A program made the position numbers and the translations under genes. Below are positions 45,023-53,720 of a stretch of DNA of 57,596 nucleotides, one piece after another (position 1 is the stretch's first letter; the number at the start of each line of letters is the position of its first letter). This DNA comes from a virus (taxonomy: Duplodnaviria > Caudoviricetes). The stretch spans positions 1 to 57,596 of IMG/VR virus record IMGVR_UViG_3300044695_006206; one strand, 5' to 3'. The notes beneath the pieces were generated by a model. The model saw nothing but the letters and a program-made list of their open reading frames with translations. It was not told where the DNA came from and did no database searches.

Positions 45023-46298
45023 CTGAATCTCCCTCTGCATCCAGCGCGCCGAGCCACGGGCTGATGCGAGCGGTGCCTACAGGAGCCACAGCGAAAGACC
45101 GTGGCGCGTGTTGTCGGTGATGTTCGACTGCGAGCGCAAGAGCCATCACGCAGTCGTCGTGGTGTCCTTCGGGCGCCCCATAGCGGACACCCGTCCTCGT
45201 GTACTGGTACTCGAACACGTCGAGTTCGGCCCGGATCGCCCCGTCCGGGAAGCGCACAGCCCCGGACTGGATGGCGACCGCGAGGCCCTCCATGAGCTTC
45301 TGCTTCGAGGACGACGAGAAGTGAAAGCCCTCGAAGGTGTTGTGCCGGGTCTTCTGAAGCCTCTCGACGATGGGATCGCCCACGCCCGTCGAGTCGATGA
45401 GGGTGGGCGTTCGCCCGACCAAGTCGAGGATGCGCTTCTCCGTGACATCCCAGGGACTCTGCCAGCGGGCGAAGCCTGAGACGGCGGCCTTGCGGTCCAG
45501 GCCGATCACCACCGTCCAGTCCACGGACTTCGCAAGGTCCACGCCGCAGGCGACCGGGGCCTCCTCGGAGAGCGTGCGGACTGTGCAGGCCTGGATCGCG
45601 GAGGTGCCGAACGGGTTCGCGCCGTCCTCGCTGGCCTCGGCCATGTAGAGTTCGCGGAACACGTTCTCGGGAAGCTGACGGCGGGCGTCGTCGATCTCCT
45701 CCTGGGCGAGGACGCCGCCCTTCACCGCGTCGAGCGCTGTGAGCTTCGAGAAGGCCATCCCCGGCTCCCCGGCCTCGGCGCGGCGGGCCATGCGGAAGAA
45801 CCAGTTCTTGCGGCCCTTCACGTTCCCGATGATGCGCAGCGGCCCCCGGGTCGCGGTGAGGGTCGAGCGAACAGCGATGAACGAGTCCTCCTTCACGCGG
45901 GAGGCCTCGTCGATCACGGCGGCGTAGACGTCCTCGCCGTAGAGGTTGTCCGAGTTCTCACCGGACTTGAACCAGATGACAGCCCCGTTGAGCAGGCGGA
46001 CGGTGAGTTCGGTCTCGTTCGCGGTGAAGATCGCCAAGGGCAATCCTCGCTTGAGGCGCCGGAAGGCGATCTTGGCCTGGGGGTAGACGGGGGCCACCCA
46101 CCAGAAGTTCTGGCCTGGGGCGCCCGAGAGGGCCTGTTCGAACAGCCACGCGATGCAGGCGACCGTCTTGCCGGCCTTCGTCGAGGCCTCGATCAGTCCG
46201 TAGCGGGCGGGCTGCCCCGACGGGTCTTTGCAGTCGAAGATCGCCTCGCGCTGCTTCGGGTAGAGCCAGGGTCGCTCGTATTCAATCCGAGCCGCCAT
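45012..46298 (-). CDS. terL: Terminase large subunit
   Basis: ASTKAGKT Walker A, VIDEA Walker B, GVDLA, HDDCVMALALA nuclease motif. Confidence 0.92.
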   Translation of the reverse strand: MAARIEYERPWLYPKQREAIFDCKDPSGQPARYGLIEASTKAGKTVACIAWLFEQALSGAPGQNFWWVAPVYPQAKIAFRRLKRGLPLAIFTANETELTVRLLNGAVIWFKSGENSDNLYGEDVYAAVIDEASRVKEDSFIAVRSTLTATRGPLRIIGNVKGRKNWFFRMARRAEAGEPGMAFSKLTALDAVKGGVLAQEEIDDARRQLPENVFRELYMAEASEDGANPFGTSAIQACTVRTLSEEAPVACGVDLAKSVDWTVVIGLDRKAAVSGFARWQSPWDVTEKRILDLVGRTPTLIDSTGVGDPIVERLQKTRHNTFEGFHFSSSSKQKLMEGLAVAIQSGAVRFPDGAIRAELDVFEYQYTRTGVRYGAPEGHHDDCVMALALAVEHHRQHAPRSFAVAPVGTARISPWLGALDAEGDSDGY

Positions 46299-46743
46299 CG
46301 CGGTCCCCGATCTTCAGCGTGAACTTCACCGGGGCGTCGGTTTCGAGCTTGGCCTCGACGTTCGCGGCGGTGTCGCCCTTCCAGCCCAGGCGGGCCTTCG
46401 TCCACCAGATGGCGGCCGTGAGCGCCGCCTTGTTGTCCTGGGTCTGCGTCGCGATCCGGAACAGGTTGCCCACCACCTGGAGATGGGCGGCCGTCTGTCC
46501 CTCATGCCATTCCGAGGCGCAGTACTTGCGCAGGGTGGAGACATCCACCTGGAGGGCGTTCGCGACTTGATCCTGCGTCATGCCGGCGGCCGAGCCGAGG
46601 CGGACCAGCAGGCGGTCGCCGGGCTTCGGCTCCCAGGCGTGACCAGAAGGCTTCCGGGCGAACTGGCGCTTCCCCGCAGTTTTTTCGGGGGGCGGAACCT
46701 TGGGGGAGGGGGCGGCCTCTTGGGCCTTTCGCTTGCGTGGCAC
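46282..46743 (-). CDS. terS: Terminase small subunit
   Basis: HTH (TQDQVANAL.VD.STLRKY), AAIWW.KAR.GW; directly upstream of terL. Confidence 0.8.
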   Translation of the reverse strand: MPRKRKAQEAAPSPKVPPPEKTAGKRQFARKPSGHAWEPKPGDRLLVRLGSAAGMTQDQVANALQVDVSTLRKYCASEWHEGQTAAHLQVVGNLFRIATQTQDNKAALTAAIWWTKARLGWKGDTAANVEAKLETDAPVKFTLKIGDRDGGSD

Positions 46744-46834
46744 GGGCTATCACTCCGATGACATTCCGACTTGCTTTCCGTCGGGAAACGCGGTGTAGTA
46801 TCAGCACGGTGATACACACCGGCAGGAGAGAGAG

Positions 46835-47557
46835 ATGGAAAACAGGAATTGGATGTGGATCGAGGCCCTGGCGATGGCGACCATCGTGGGCGTGTTGCTC
46901 TGGGCGCTGGTGGGCTGAGATGGGCGGGATTCGCCGGGAGGTCGAGTACCTCCCCACCGAGGATGCCGAGGAGTACGCGCGGGTCGAGGTGGACTTCGAG
47001 TACCACTACCACCGGGGATACGGGGCGCGGCTGTTCAGCGCGATCCCGGAAGCCGGTGAGGCTCCGCACGCGGAACTGGTGGACTACCGCCGAGTGGATG
47101 GCAAGGAGATGGACGCTGCCCTGGATGCGGCGGCCCTGAGCCTCTGGAACGCGGTCCTTGGATACAAGATCGTTGAGGACATGATGTGGGAGAACGAGTG
47201 ATGTCGGCGGCACCGATGGCGGGCGGGATTCTGCCCCCGGGCTTCGAGGCCCTGGTCGAGAAGATGGCGGCGCGCCATGCGCCCCCGAAGGCGGCGCGGA
47301 AGCGGCGAGCGTCCCCGCTCATGGCGGCAGCGGAGTCGGCGGTGGCTCGGGGTGAGATGCCCCCGGTTCTCGAGTTCGGGAGCCAGAGCAACTACACCTA
47401 CAACCGGCACGCGGACCGCATCTACAAGCTGATGGTGGCGGGCGACCTTGATGGGCTTCGGGCCTTCTCGGTCGAGGGGCGCAACACCTACGCGCGGGCG
47501 CTGGTGCGCTACCGCGACCTCGCGATCCGGTGGCTCCAGCGGGGGATGGCCGAATGA
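46835..47557 (+). other. Counter-oriented small genes (46835-46918 TM peptide, 46920-47201, ~47198-47557)
   Basis: AGGAGAGAG RBS and coupled ORFs. Confidence 0.55.
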
Positions 47558-47859
47558 TGGCGCGGCTGCCTCAGCAGTCGGTGACGCTGGTGACGCTGGT
47601 GACGCTGCTCGGCCTCTCGGGGTGCGCTGCACCTCAGATGGTGGGCGAGGCCCCCCCGGGCTTCGACCCGGCGCTCTGCCGGGCGACGGCCACCGGATTC
47701 TCGCGGCACCTCACCATCGAGGAGCTTCGGGTCTGCACCCGCTTCAATCCCACGACGGGGCAGATTGGCCTCGCAACGCGGGGACCGATGTTTCATCCTG
47801 CCTCCTGGGGGCAGGCAAGGGACATCGCACCGACACCAGTCACGACAGGGAGGTTCTGA
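47554..47859 (+). CDS. Putative lipoprotein
   Basis: Signal peptide MMARLPQQSVTLVTLVTLLGLSG|C with an LSGC lipobox. Confidence 0.5.
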   Translation: MMARLPQQSVTLVTLVTLLGLSGCAAPQMVGEAPPGFDPALCRATATGFSRHLTIEELRVCTRFNPTTGQIGLATRGPMFHPASWGQARDIAPTPVTTGRF

Positions 47860-48122
47860 TGGCGAGCGTGTGGACGACCAGGGCGGACGGTAGGAATGAG
47901 CGCCGGATCACAGGCGGTCTGACCCCAGACAACGCAATCGTCGCACTGGCGATCTTCGCGGATCAGTGGCGGACCGCTTACCCGGGGCGGACGCTGAAGT
48001 GGAACTCCAAGGTCGAGGTGAGCCTCGTCCAGGCCGGCGCGATCACGGGGCTGATGTGGTGCGAGTTCCTGTCGCCCCCCTCGGCCCAGGAACCGGGCCA
48101 GCCGAAGCGCCAGAGCGCTTAG
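47859..48122 (+). CDS. Hypothetical protein
   Basis: GGGAGG RBS; TGATG coupling. Confidence 0.5.
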   Translation: MASVWTTRADGRNERRITGGLTPDNAIVALAIFADQWRTAYPGRTLKWNSKVEVSLVQAGAITGLMWCEFLSPPSAQEPGQPKRQSA

Positions 48123-48652
48123 GCGAGGTTCGCGTTCGGGCCGGGCAGCATCTCGGAGGAGACGCCGGCCACCTCCGAGACGCGGCGCCCCCATCCGCGC
48201 CCGAATGTGGCCCAGGTCGGAAGGGCCTGGAGGAACGCGAGACGCCGGGCGCTGTAGTCCTCGACGATCTCGGCGGCCGGCTTCGCGCGGACAGCGGCGA
48301 GCGTCTTCGGGCCGATGGCTCCGTCGGCGGGGACACCCGCCACCTCTTGCAGCCACTTCGCGGCGCGGCCCGGCCCTGAGTTGATGGCGGCGTCGAACAC
48401 CGCGTAGTCCACCCCGGAGGGGAGGTCGTCTCCGCGCACCTTGTCCCAGTAGCGGGCCTTGTAGAGCGGGGCCACGTCGGAGGGCTTGAGGGCGCGCATC
48501 TCGGCCTCGGTGACCGAGCGGCCGACCCACTCCTCCCAGACCTTCTTCGTGCAGCCGAGGTTCGTCATGCCGCCCGGGTCCGCCGGGTGGTTCACGAACC
48601 CGCCCTCATGGTGGAGGACGGCGGCCAGGGCCTTGTCGAAGTTCTCGCGCAT
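48119..48652 (-). CDS. Endolysin, glycoside hydrolase family 108 with peptidoglycan-binding domain
   Basis: HEGGFVNHPADPGG.TNLG, YWD.V.GD.LP.G.D..VFD.A.NSG, DG.IGPKT, FGRGW.RR. Confidence 0.92.
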   Translation of the reverse strand: MRENFDKALAAVLHHEGGFVNHPADPGGMTNLGCTKKVWEEWVGRSVTEAEMRALKPSDVAPLYKARYWDKVRGDDLPSGVDYAVFDAAINSGPGRAAKWLQEVAGVPADGAIGPKTLAAVRAKPAAEIVEDYSARRLAFLQALPTWATFGRGWGRRVSEVAGVSSEMLPGPNANLA

Positions 48653-48689
48653 GGTTCTTCCTGTGGTGAGTGGCGCGCTGCAATAGGGA

Positions 48690-48751
48690 ATCAGCGTCAC
48701 CAGCGTCACGCGAGGTGGGCGCTGATGACGCTGGTGACGCTGATGACGCTG
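48690..48751. repeat. 19-bp perfect inverted repeat built from GTGACGCTG-type 9-mers
   Basis: 48690-48708 ATCAGCGTCACCAGCGTCA is the reverse complement of 48726-48744; the same 9-mer occurs three times in tandem at 47581-47607. Confidence 0.85.
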
Positions 48752-48770
48752 TTTTGGGATTTCTGTGCGG

Positions 48771-49058
48771 CTACCGGGCGCCCTTGAGCTTCCGGGAGGG
48801 CTTCGCCCCGAGCGGTTCCGGCTCGGCGTCTGTGGGCAGGGACTCGACGAAGCGATCCGCCGCAGCCTTCAGGCGGTCGAGGCCATGGACCGCGATGAAC
48901 TGCTCGACGAGGTCGAGGTCGTCCTCCTCCAGGACTCCGGTGGGCGTCCCACCGACCACGGACTCGATGGCACACGCGAAGCGTCGGTCGGTCTTGGCGC
49001 GCTTCAGGAAGGCGCGCACCTCGGGGGCGTCGAGGACGCCCGGCGCGTTGTCATCCAT
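48771..49058 (-). CDS. Hypothetical protein
   Basis: AAGGAG RBS; overlaps the MTase stop. Confidence 0.55.
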   Translation of the reverse strand: MDDNAPGVLDAPEVRAFLKRAKTDRRFACAIESVVGGTPTGVLEEDDLDLVEQFIAVHGLDRLKAAADRFVESLPTDAEPEPLGAKPSRKLKGAR

Positions 49059-50370
49059 TCGAGGTCTCCTTGCGCTTCTTCTTCGGCTTGGCGGGGGCCG
49101 CGACCAGGGCCTTGTCGGGCTGACGCTGCGCCAGGACTTCGGTGAAGGTCCGCCCGTCGCCTTCGAGGACGGCGGCCTTGCCGGTGAACTCCTGCCACCG
49201 CAGGACGATCACGTCGGCATACTTCGGATCAAGCTCCATCGAGCGGTTGATCCGTCCCTCCTTCTCGCAGGCGATCAGCGTCGAACCGGAGCCGCCGAAC
49301 AGGTCGATCACAACCGCTCCGCGCGCGGAGGAGTTGAGAAGCGCTCGCGAGATAAGCTCGACGGGCTTCGTTGTCGGATGGAGTTCCGAGACCTTGGGGC
49401 GGGCGACGTTCCAGACGTCCGACTGCTTGCGGTCGGGCACCTGGACGATCCGGGGGCCGTCCTCGTTCCAGCCGTACCAGATGGGTTCGTACTGCGTGTG
49501 GTAGTCCTTGCGGGAGAGGACCAGTGAGTCCTTCACCCAGATGATCGTGGACGACCAGTGGAAGTGCGCGTCCCGCAGTCCCTTGTCGATGGACGGCCAC
49601 TCCTGGGCGCTCATCACGACGTAGGCCAGGGCGCCCGGCTTCGTGGCCATGTAGAACGAGCCGCAGAACCCGGCCACGAAGGACGCCCACTTGTCCTTGT
49701 CCATGTGGTCGTTGAGGATCGTGCGGGGCTTGTAGCCCTGGGGGTTGCCCTGCTGGACGGCCCCGTAGTTCACGTTCCAGGGCGGGTCGGTGAACAGCAT
49801 GTCCGCCCGCTGGCCCTGCATCAGCTTCTCGATATCGGTCGCGCTTGTGCTGTCTCCGCACATGATGCGGTGCTGGCCGAGAACCCACACGTCGCCCTGG
49901 ACGGTGACCGGCTGCTCGGGGACTTCCGGCACCTCATCGGGGTCGGTGTTCCCCTCGGTCCCGGCGGGGGCGAGGAGCCGTTCGAGTTCGTCCAGGCTGA
50001 AGCCGATGAGGGAGAGGTCGAAGCCCTCCTGGTTCAGTTCGCCCAGTTCGAGCTTCAGGAGTTCGTTGTCCCACCCCGCGTTCGCGGCAAGCTGGTTGTC
50101 GGCGATGACGTAGGCGCGGCGCTGCGCGGGCGTCATGTGCCCGACTTCGATGGTCGGGATTTCGGTCAGGCCGAGCTTGCGGGCGGCCAGGACGCGGCCA
50201 TGCCCGGCGATGATGTTCTTCTCCCCGTCGATGAGGACCGGGTTGGTCCATCCGAACTCCCGGATGGAGGCGGCGATCTGGGCCACCTGGGCGTCCGAGT
50301 GCGTCCGGGAGTTGCGGACGTAGGGGATGAGTTCGGCCAGGGGCCGATAGGTGACCGAGAGGCTGGTCAT
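49051..50370 (-). CDS. ParB-N domain fused to an N6/N4 DNA methyltransferase
   Basis: L.PY.RN.RTHS..QV..IA.SI.EFG...IIAGHGR (ParB-N); TDPPW, HPT.KP and DLFGGSGST (MTase). Confidence 0.9.
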   Translation of the reverse strand: MTSLSVTYRPLAELIPYVRNSRTHSDAQVAQIAASIREFGWTNPVLIDGEKNIIAGHGRVLAARKLGLTEIPTIEVGHMTPAQRRAYVIADNQLAANAGWDNELLKLELGELNQEGFDLSLIGFSLDELERLLAPAGTEGNTDPDEVPEVPEQPVTVQGDVWVLGQHRIMCGDSTSATDIEKLMQGQRADMLFTDPPWNVNYGAVQQGNPQGYKPRTILNDHMDKDKWASFVAGFCGSFYMATKPGALAYVVMSAQEWPSIDKGLRDAHFHWSSTIIWVKDSLVLSRKDYHTQYEPIWYGWNEDGPRIVQVPDRKQSDVWNVARPKVSELHPTTKPVELISRALLNSSARGAVVIDLFGGSGSTLIACEKEGRINRSMELDPKYADVIVLRWQEFTGKAAVLEGDGRTFTEVLAQRQPDKALVAAPAKPKKKRKETSNG

Positions 50371-50383
50371 GCGGGGGCTTTCC

Positions 50384-50428
50384 AAAAGAAAAGGCCCGCT
50401 CCCCGGGAGAGAGTCGGGGGCGGGCCTT
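50384..50428 (-). terminator. Intrinsic terminator-like hairpin just upstream of the ParB-MTase start
   Basis: Minus strand reads AAGGCCCGCCCCC-loop-GGGGAGCGGGCCTT followed by TTCTTTT. Confidence 0.6.
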
Positions 50429-50642
50429 CACGAAGCGGAGAGAACGAGGGCTGGCGTCAGATAACCCATCGTGCCGCGCACGGTAGCAGCGAGCGCAGGG
50501 CGGGGCACGCCCTTTCTCCGTGCGTTCACATTTCTAAGATTAATTCCGTCCGATAGGCCGCTTTTCGCTTGCGGAGTCTCACGGAAATGATAATGTCCCT
50601 CTCACGGGCGACATTTCCAAAAGTAGCCCGGAGGAGAGAGCG

Positions 50643-50891
50643 ATGAGCGGACCCAACAGCCACGAGATCGAAGTAGCCCAGGTGATGACCACCGACGGCA
50701 GCGATCACTACCACGTCCACAACTGGCGCACCGACCGGCATGTCTGCATCTGGCAGGACGGCGGCTTCATCCTCGCCTGCGAGAGCGCCGACGCTAAGTG
50801 CGACCGCCCCGCCACGGGCGCTACCGCCATCGAGTTCGACAGCTTCAAGGACGCCATCGCCCGCGCGCTCGACATCGCCGGGCGGGCCTGA
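50643..50891 (+). CDS. Hypothetical protein
   Basis: GGAGGAGAG RBS after an AT-richer promoter-like stretch. Confidence 0.6.
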   Translation: MSGPNSHEIEVAQVMTTDGSDHYHVHNWRTDRHVCIWQDGGFILACESADAKCDRPATGATAIEFDSFKDAIARALDIAGRA

Positions 50892-50909
50892 ACCGAAGGA
50901 GAGAAGCAG

Positions 50910-51080
50910 ATGACCAAAGACACCAAGGCGCGAACCGAGGACGCCCTTGAACGTAGGGTCGAGCGCGAGATGGACGCCCTCGACCGGGCCTACATGCGCG
51001 GCGACATCAGCAAGGCCGAATACGACTGGCAGGTGAAGGCCCTGGACGCCTGGGCTGAGATTGTCCGCAGCCGCCCCTAA
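50910..51080 (+). CDS. Hypothetical 56-aa protein
   Basis: AAGGAGAGAA RBS; MTKDTKARTEDALERRVERE...; below the ORF-track cutoff. Confidence 0.55.
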   Translation: MTKDTKARTEDALERRVEREMDALDRAYMRGDISKAEYDWQVKALDAWAEIVRSRP

Positions 51081-51102
51081 GCACGAACCAAAGGAGAGAA
51101 CC

Positions 51103-52263
51103 ATGAGCTACGCAATCGACCACACCAAGGGCGAGATGGTGGGCACGGTGTCCGCCCAGTGGGCCAGCCGGCCCGACGATGAGAAGTTCCTGAACCTGGG
51201 GAGCCTCCGCGCCCAGGTCGCGAAGTGGCGCGCCGAGTCCGAGATGCGGGTGGTGCTGCCCGAGGAGATCAAGGCGGGCTGGACCAGCGAGGATCAGAGC
51301 GGCCTCACCATCGAGGTGGAGGGCGCCCAGGTCCAGCCGAGCCACTGGGCCTTCGAACAGGTCTGCAAGGCGGCCAGCGCGCCGGCCTACTACCTCCGCA
51401 CGCTGCCCGCGCCCCTCGCGGCGGTGGCGCTGAACTACGGCCTCAAGACGGCCGAGCAGAAGGAGGTGGGGGCCTACATCCGGCAGAACGGCTCGACCCT
51501 CCTGCGCGGCCTCACCAGCCCCCGCTACGGGCGCATCTTCGACGAGGATGTGGTCGCCGAGGTGATGAAGGTCGCCGGCCAGGGGACCGGGGACACGCGC
51601 TGGAAGGTGCCCGGCTGCATCGACTGGGCTGGCGCCCACGGGGTGGCCTACAACCCGAACGTCGAGATCACGAAGCAGAGCACCACGCTCTACGCCTCGG
51701 ACCGGGACATCTTCCTCTTCCTGGTCGATGACCTGAACCCCATCGAGGTCGGCAAGCTCGCCAACGGCCAGCCCGATCTGATGTTCCGAGGCTTCTACGT
51801 CTGGAACAGCGAGGTCGGCTCGCGGACCTTCGGCTTCGCCTCGATGTATCTCCGGGGGGTCTGCCAGAACCGGAACCTCTGGGGGGTCGAGGGCTTCCAG
51901 GAGGTGACCTTCAAGCACACGGTGAAGGCGCCCGAGCGGTTCGCGGCCGAGGTCGAGCCGCTGCTGCACTCCTTCGCCGAGGGCGGGACGACCAAGCTGG
52001 TCGAGGGGGTCCAGGCGGCCAAGGCGGTCGCCATCGGCAAGGAGAAGGACGACAAGCTCTCCTTCCTGGCCCGCCTGGGGTTCAGCCAGAAGGCCGCGCA
52101 GAACATCCTCGACACCATCCTGCTCGAAGAACAGCGCGAGGCCGAGAACGCCTGGGACATCGCCCAGGGGATCACGGCGGTGGCGCGGACCATCCCCTTC
52201 GCCGATCAGCGGCTCAAGATGGAGTCGGTCGCCGGCAGCCTCCTGGACAAGGTGATCGCCTAA
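51103..52263 (+). CDS. DUF932-like protein
   Basis: VS.QW.SRPDDE.F...LR..TSP.YGRI.D...TTLYASDRD.F.FLVD...RGFY.WNSEVG...R.VCQNR..WG. Confidence 0.75.
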   Translation: MSYAIDHTKGEMVGTVSAQWASRPDDEKFLNLGSLRAQVAKWRAESEMRVVLPEEIKAGWTSEDQSGLTIEVEGAQVQPSHWAFEQVCKAASAPAYYLRTLPAPLAAVALNYGLKTAEQKEVGAYIRQNGSTLLRGLTSPRYGRIFDEDVVAEVMKVAGQGTGDTRWKVPGCIDWAGAHGVAYNPNVEITKQSTTLYASDRDIFLFLVDDLNPIEVGKLANGQPDLMFRGFYVWNSEVGSRTFGFASMYLRGVCQNRNLWGVEGFQEVTFKHTVKAPERFAAEVEPLLHSFAEGGTTKLVEGVQAAKAVAIGKEKDDKLSFLARLGFSQKAAQNILDTILLEEQREAENAWDIAQGITAVARTIPFADQRLKMESVAGSLLDKVIA

Positions 52264-52622
52264 TGCCGCAGGGGCGGGGCCAGCGCCCCGCTCCTCCCCC
52301 GCTGATCTTCGACGACGAGGTGGACCGCGCTCGGGCCGCCCGGGAGGCCGAGGAGCGGCGGGTGGCGGAAGCGCAGGCGGCGAGGGAGCGGCGGAAGGCC
52401 GAACTGCGGGCGGCCATGCCGATCACGGCCCAGTGGGTCGATCTGGTGCGCTCGCACTTCGGCGAGGACTGCCGGGTGAACTGGGCCATCGAGAACGGCA
52501 TGACCGTCGGCCCAGTACCGGAGGAGGCGCTGCGCAGGCACGGCCTCTGGAAGGGCGACGACGAAGCGAAGGGAGATGAGCATGACCAAGCGGCGAGCGG
52601 GCATCCCGGAGGGGGCGACTAA
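52263..52622 (+). CDS. Hypothetical protein
   Basis: TAATG coupling; R.AMP.TA.WVD..R..FG. Confidence 0.55.
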   Translation: MPQGRGQRPAPPPLIFDDEVDRARAAREAEERRVAEAQAARERRKAELRAAMPITAQWVDLVRSHFGEDCRVNWAIENGMTVGPVPEEALRRHGLWKGDDEAKGDEHDQAASGHPGGGD

Positions 52623-52887
52623 GGCCCACCCGCTGATGCGGCCTCTGTTCGAGGCCATGGTCGAGCAGCGATTGACGGTGGGTGATGTGGCAGACGCAGC
52701 GGGCGTGACGCAGGCCTCGGTGTTCCGGTGGGCACAGGGCGAGTGCCCGACACTGCTGAACGCCGAGGCGGCCCTGAACGCCCTCGGCTGCCGTCTGGTG
52801 GTCACGCGGATGACGCGGGGCGAGTTGATCGAGCAGCTTGGTGAGCGCCGGGCGCTGACCATCATGCGGTCGAGGCGATGGAAGTGA
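52576..52887 (+). CDS. XRE-family HTH protein
   Basis: LTVGDVADAAGVTQASVFRWAQG...PTL......LNALG. Confidence 0.7.
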   Translation: MSMTKRRAGIPEGATKAHPLMRPLFEAMVEQRLTVGDVADAAGVTQASVFRWAQGECPTLLNAEAALNALGCRLVVTRMTRGELIEQLGERRALTIMRSRRWK

Positions 52888-52906
52888 GAAGGAAGGAGAG
52901 AGGCTG

Positions 52907-53422
52907 ATGTGGGTGTTCTTGAACGACGCGTTCCTGTCCATCGTGGATGAGAGCGCGAAGAAGCTGCGGATGAGGAACCGGGCGCCGAGCCTGGACGATC
53001 CGCTGCTGGTGCGGGCCAGGGTGAAGGGCGACATCGAGCGGGTCTTCCCCGGCACACGGGTGGTCGAGAACGAGGCGACCGACTACCGCTTCCGGGCGGT
53101 GGTGAGGCGCAGCGACGTCGCCCAGGCGATCTACGACGAGGCGATGCGGATCGACTACGGGAACTTCAAGGCCTCGGTGGAGGAGGACGACAGGCACGAC
53201 GTCTACGCCGAGGTCTGGAACGCCCACTTCAGATGGCAGTCTCGAACTGCGCGGTTCGGCCGCCAGCGACAGTCGCTCGGTAGCGGTCCACTGCCTGGAG
53301 AGCTTCTCGGAGAAGGCCCATCCCCCGGCGCTCGGAAACCCCGAGCCGGCGTGCCGCTTGCTTCGCCCACTCCCCATAAAACGTCACCCGCTCCAGGACG
53401 AACCAAGCCTCGAAAGGCATAG
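52907..53422 (+). CDS. Conserved hypothetical phage protein
   Basis: MWVF....FLSIV...L.VRAR...DI...F...DY.FR...IDY.NFK; its 3' end overlaps the convergent gene. Confidence 0.65.
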   Translation: MWVFLNDAFLSIVDESAKKLRMRNRAPSLDDPLLVRARVKGDIERVFPGTRVVENEATDYRFRAVVRRSDVAQAIYDEAMRIDYGNFKASVEEDDRHDVYAEVWNAHFRWQSRTARFGRQRQSLGSGPLPGELLGEGPSPGARKPRAGVPLASPTPHKTSPAPGRTKPRKA

Positions 53423-53720
53423 AGGCCTGAAGCTGGCAGAGGGCCGAAAGGCTCTCTGCCTGCGTCCAGGTGAACCGCCAGTTGTCGGCATAGCTCGACA
53501 CCCCGTGGAACGCATCAAGGTTCACCGCCGCATAGCCCGAGCCGTGGGCGCGGTAGTGCAGGGAGTGGACCCACTCCGCGTTCTGCGCCTCCCCCCGCGA
53601 GAGTAGCCCCCGAAGGTAGTACCAGCGCATCAAGTCCTCCGGTGGAGCCGGCCGCTTGTGTGCCGGCTCCTCGGGGGCGTTCGCGTCCTGGGCGGGCGCC
53701 TTCGCCTTGCGCCGTTTCAC
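53229..53720 (-). CDS. DUF6456-like late-gene regulator / antiterminator candidate
   Basis: RGLLS......A...L.....L......VL..V...G......AARRLG.SER....LLR.AL..V; sits at the end of the replication operon, where lambda Q lies. Confidence 0.55.
   Translation of the reverse strand: MKRRKAKAPAQDANAPEEPAHKRPAPPEDLMRWYYLRGLLSRGEAQNAEWVHSLHYRAHGSGYAAVNLDAFHGVSSYADNWRFTWTQAESLSALCQLQASMPFEAWFVLERVTFYGEWAKQAARRLGVSERRGMGLLREALQAVDRYRATVAGGRTAQFETAI

Noticed and set aside
47581-48751. 9-mer repeats as a CRISPR array
   Set aside because: Units are 9 bp, tandem with no unique spacers, and no cas genes are present.
49051-50370. ParB-MTase as evidence of a plasmid-prophage partition system or a restriction-modification system
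   Set aside because: No ParA or cognate restriction enzyme is recognisable; this fusion is common just upstream of phage terminase genes, and an integrase is present.
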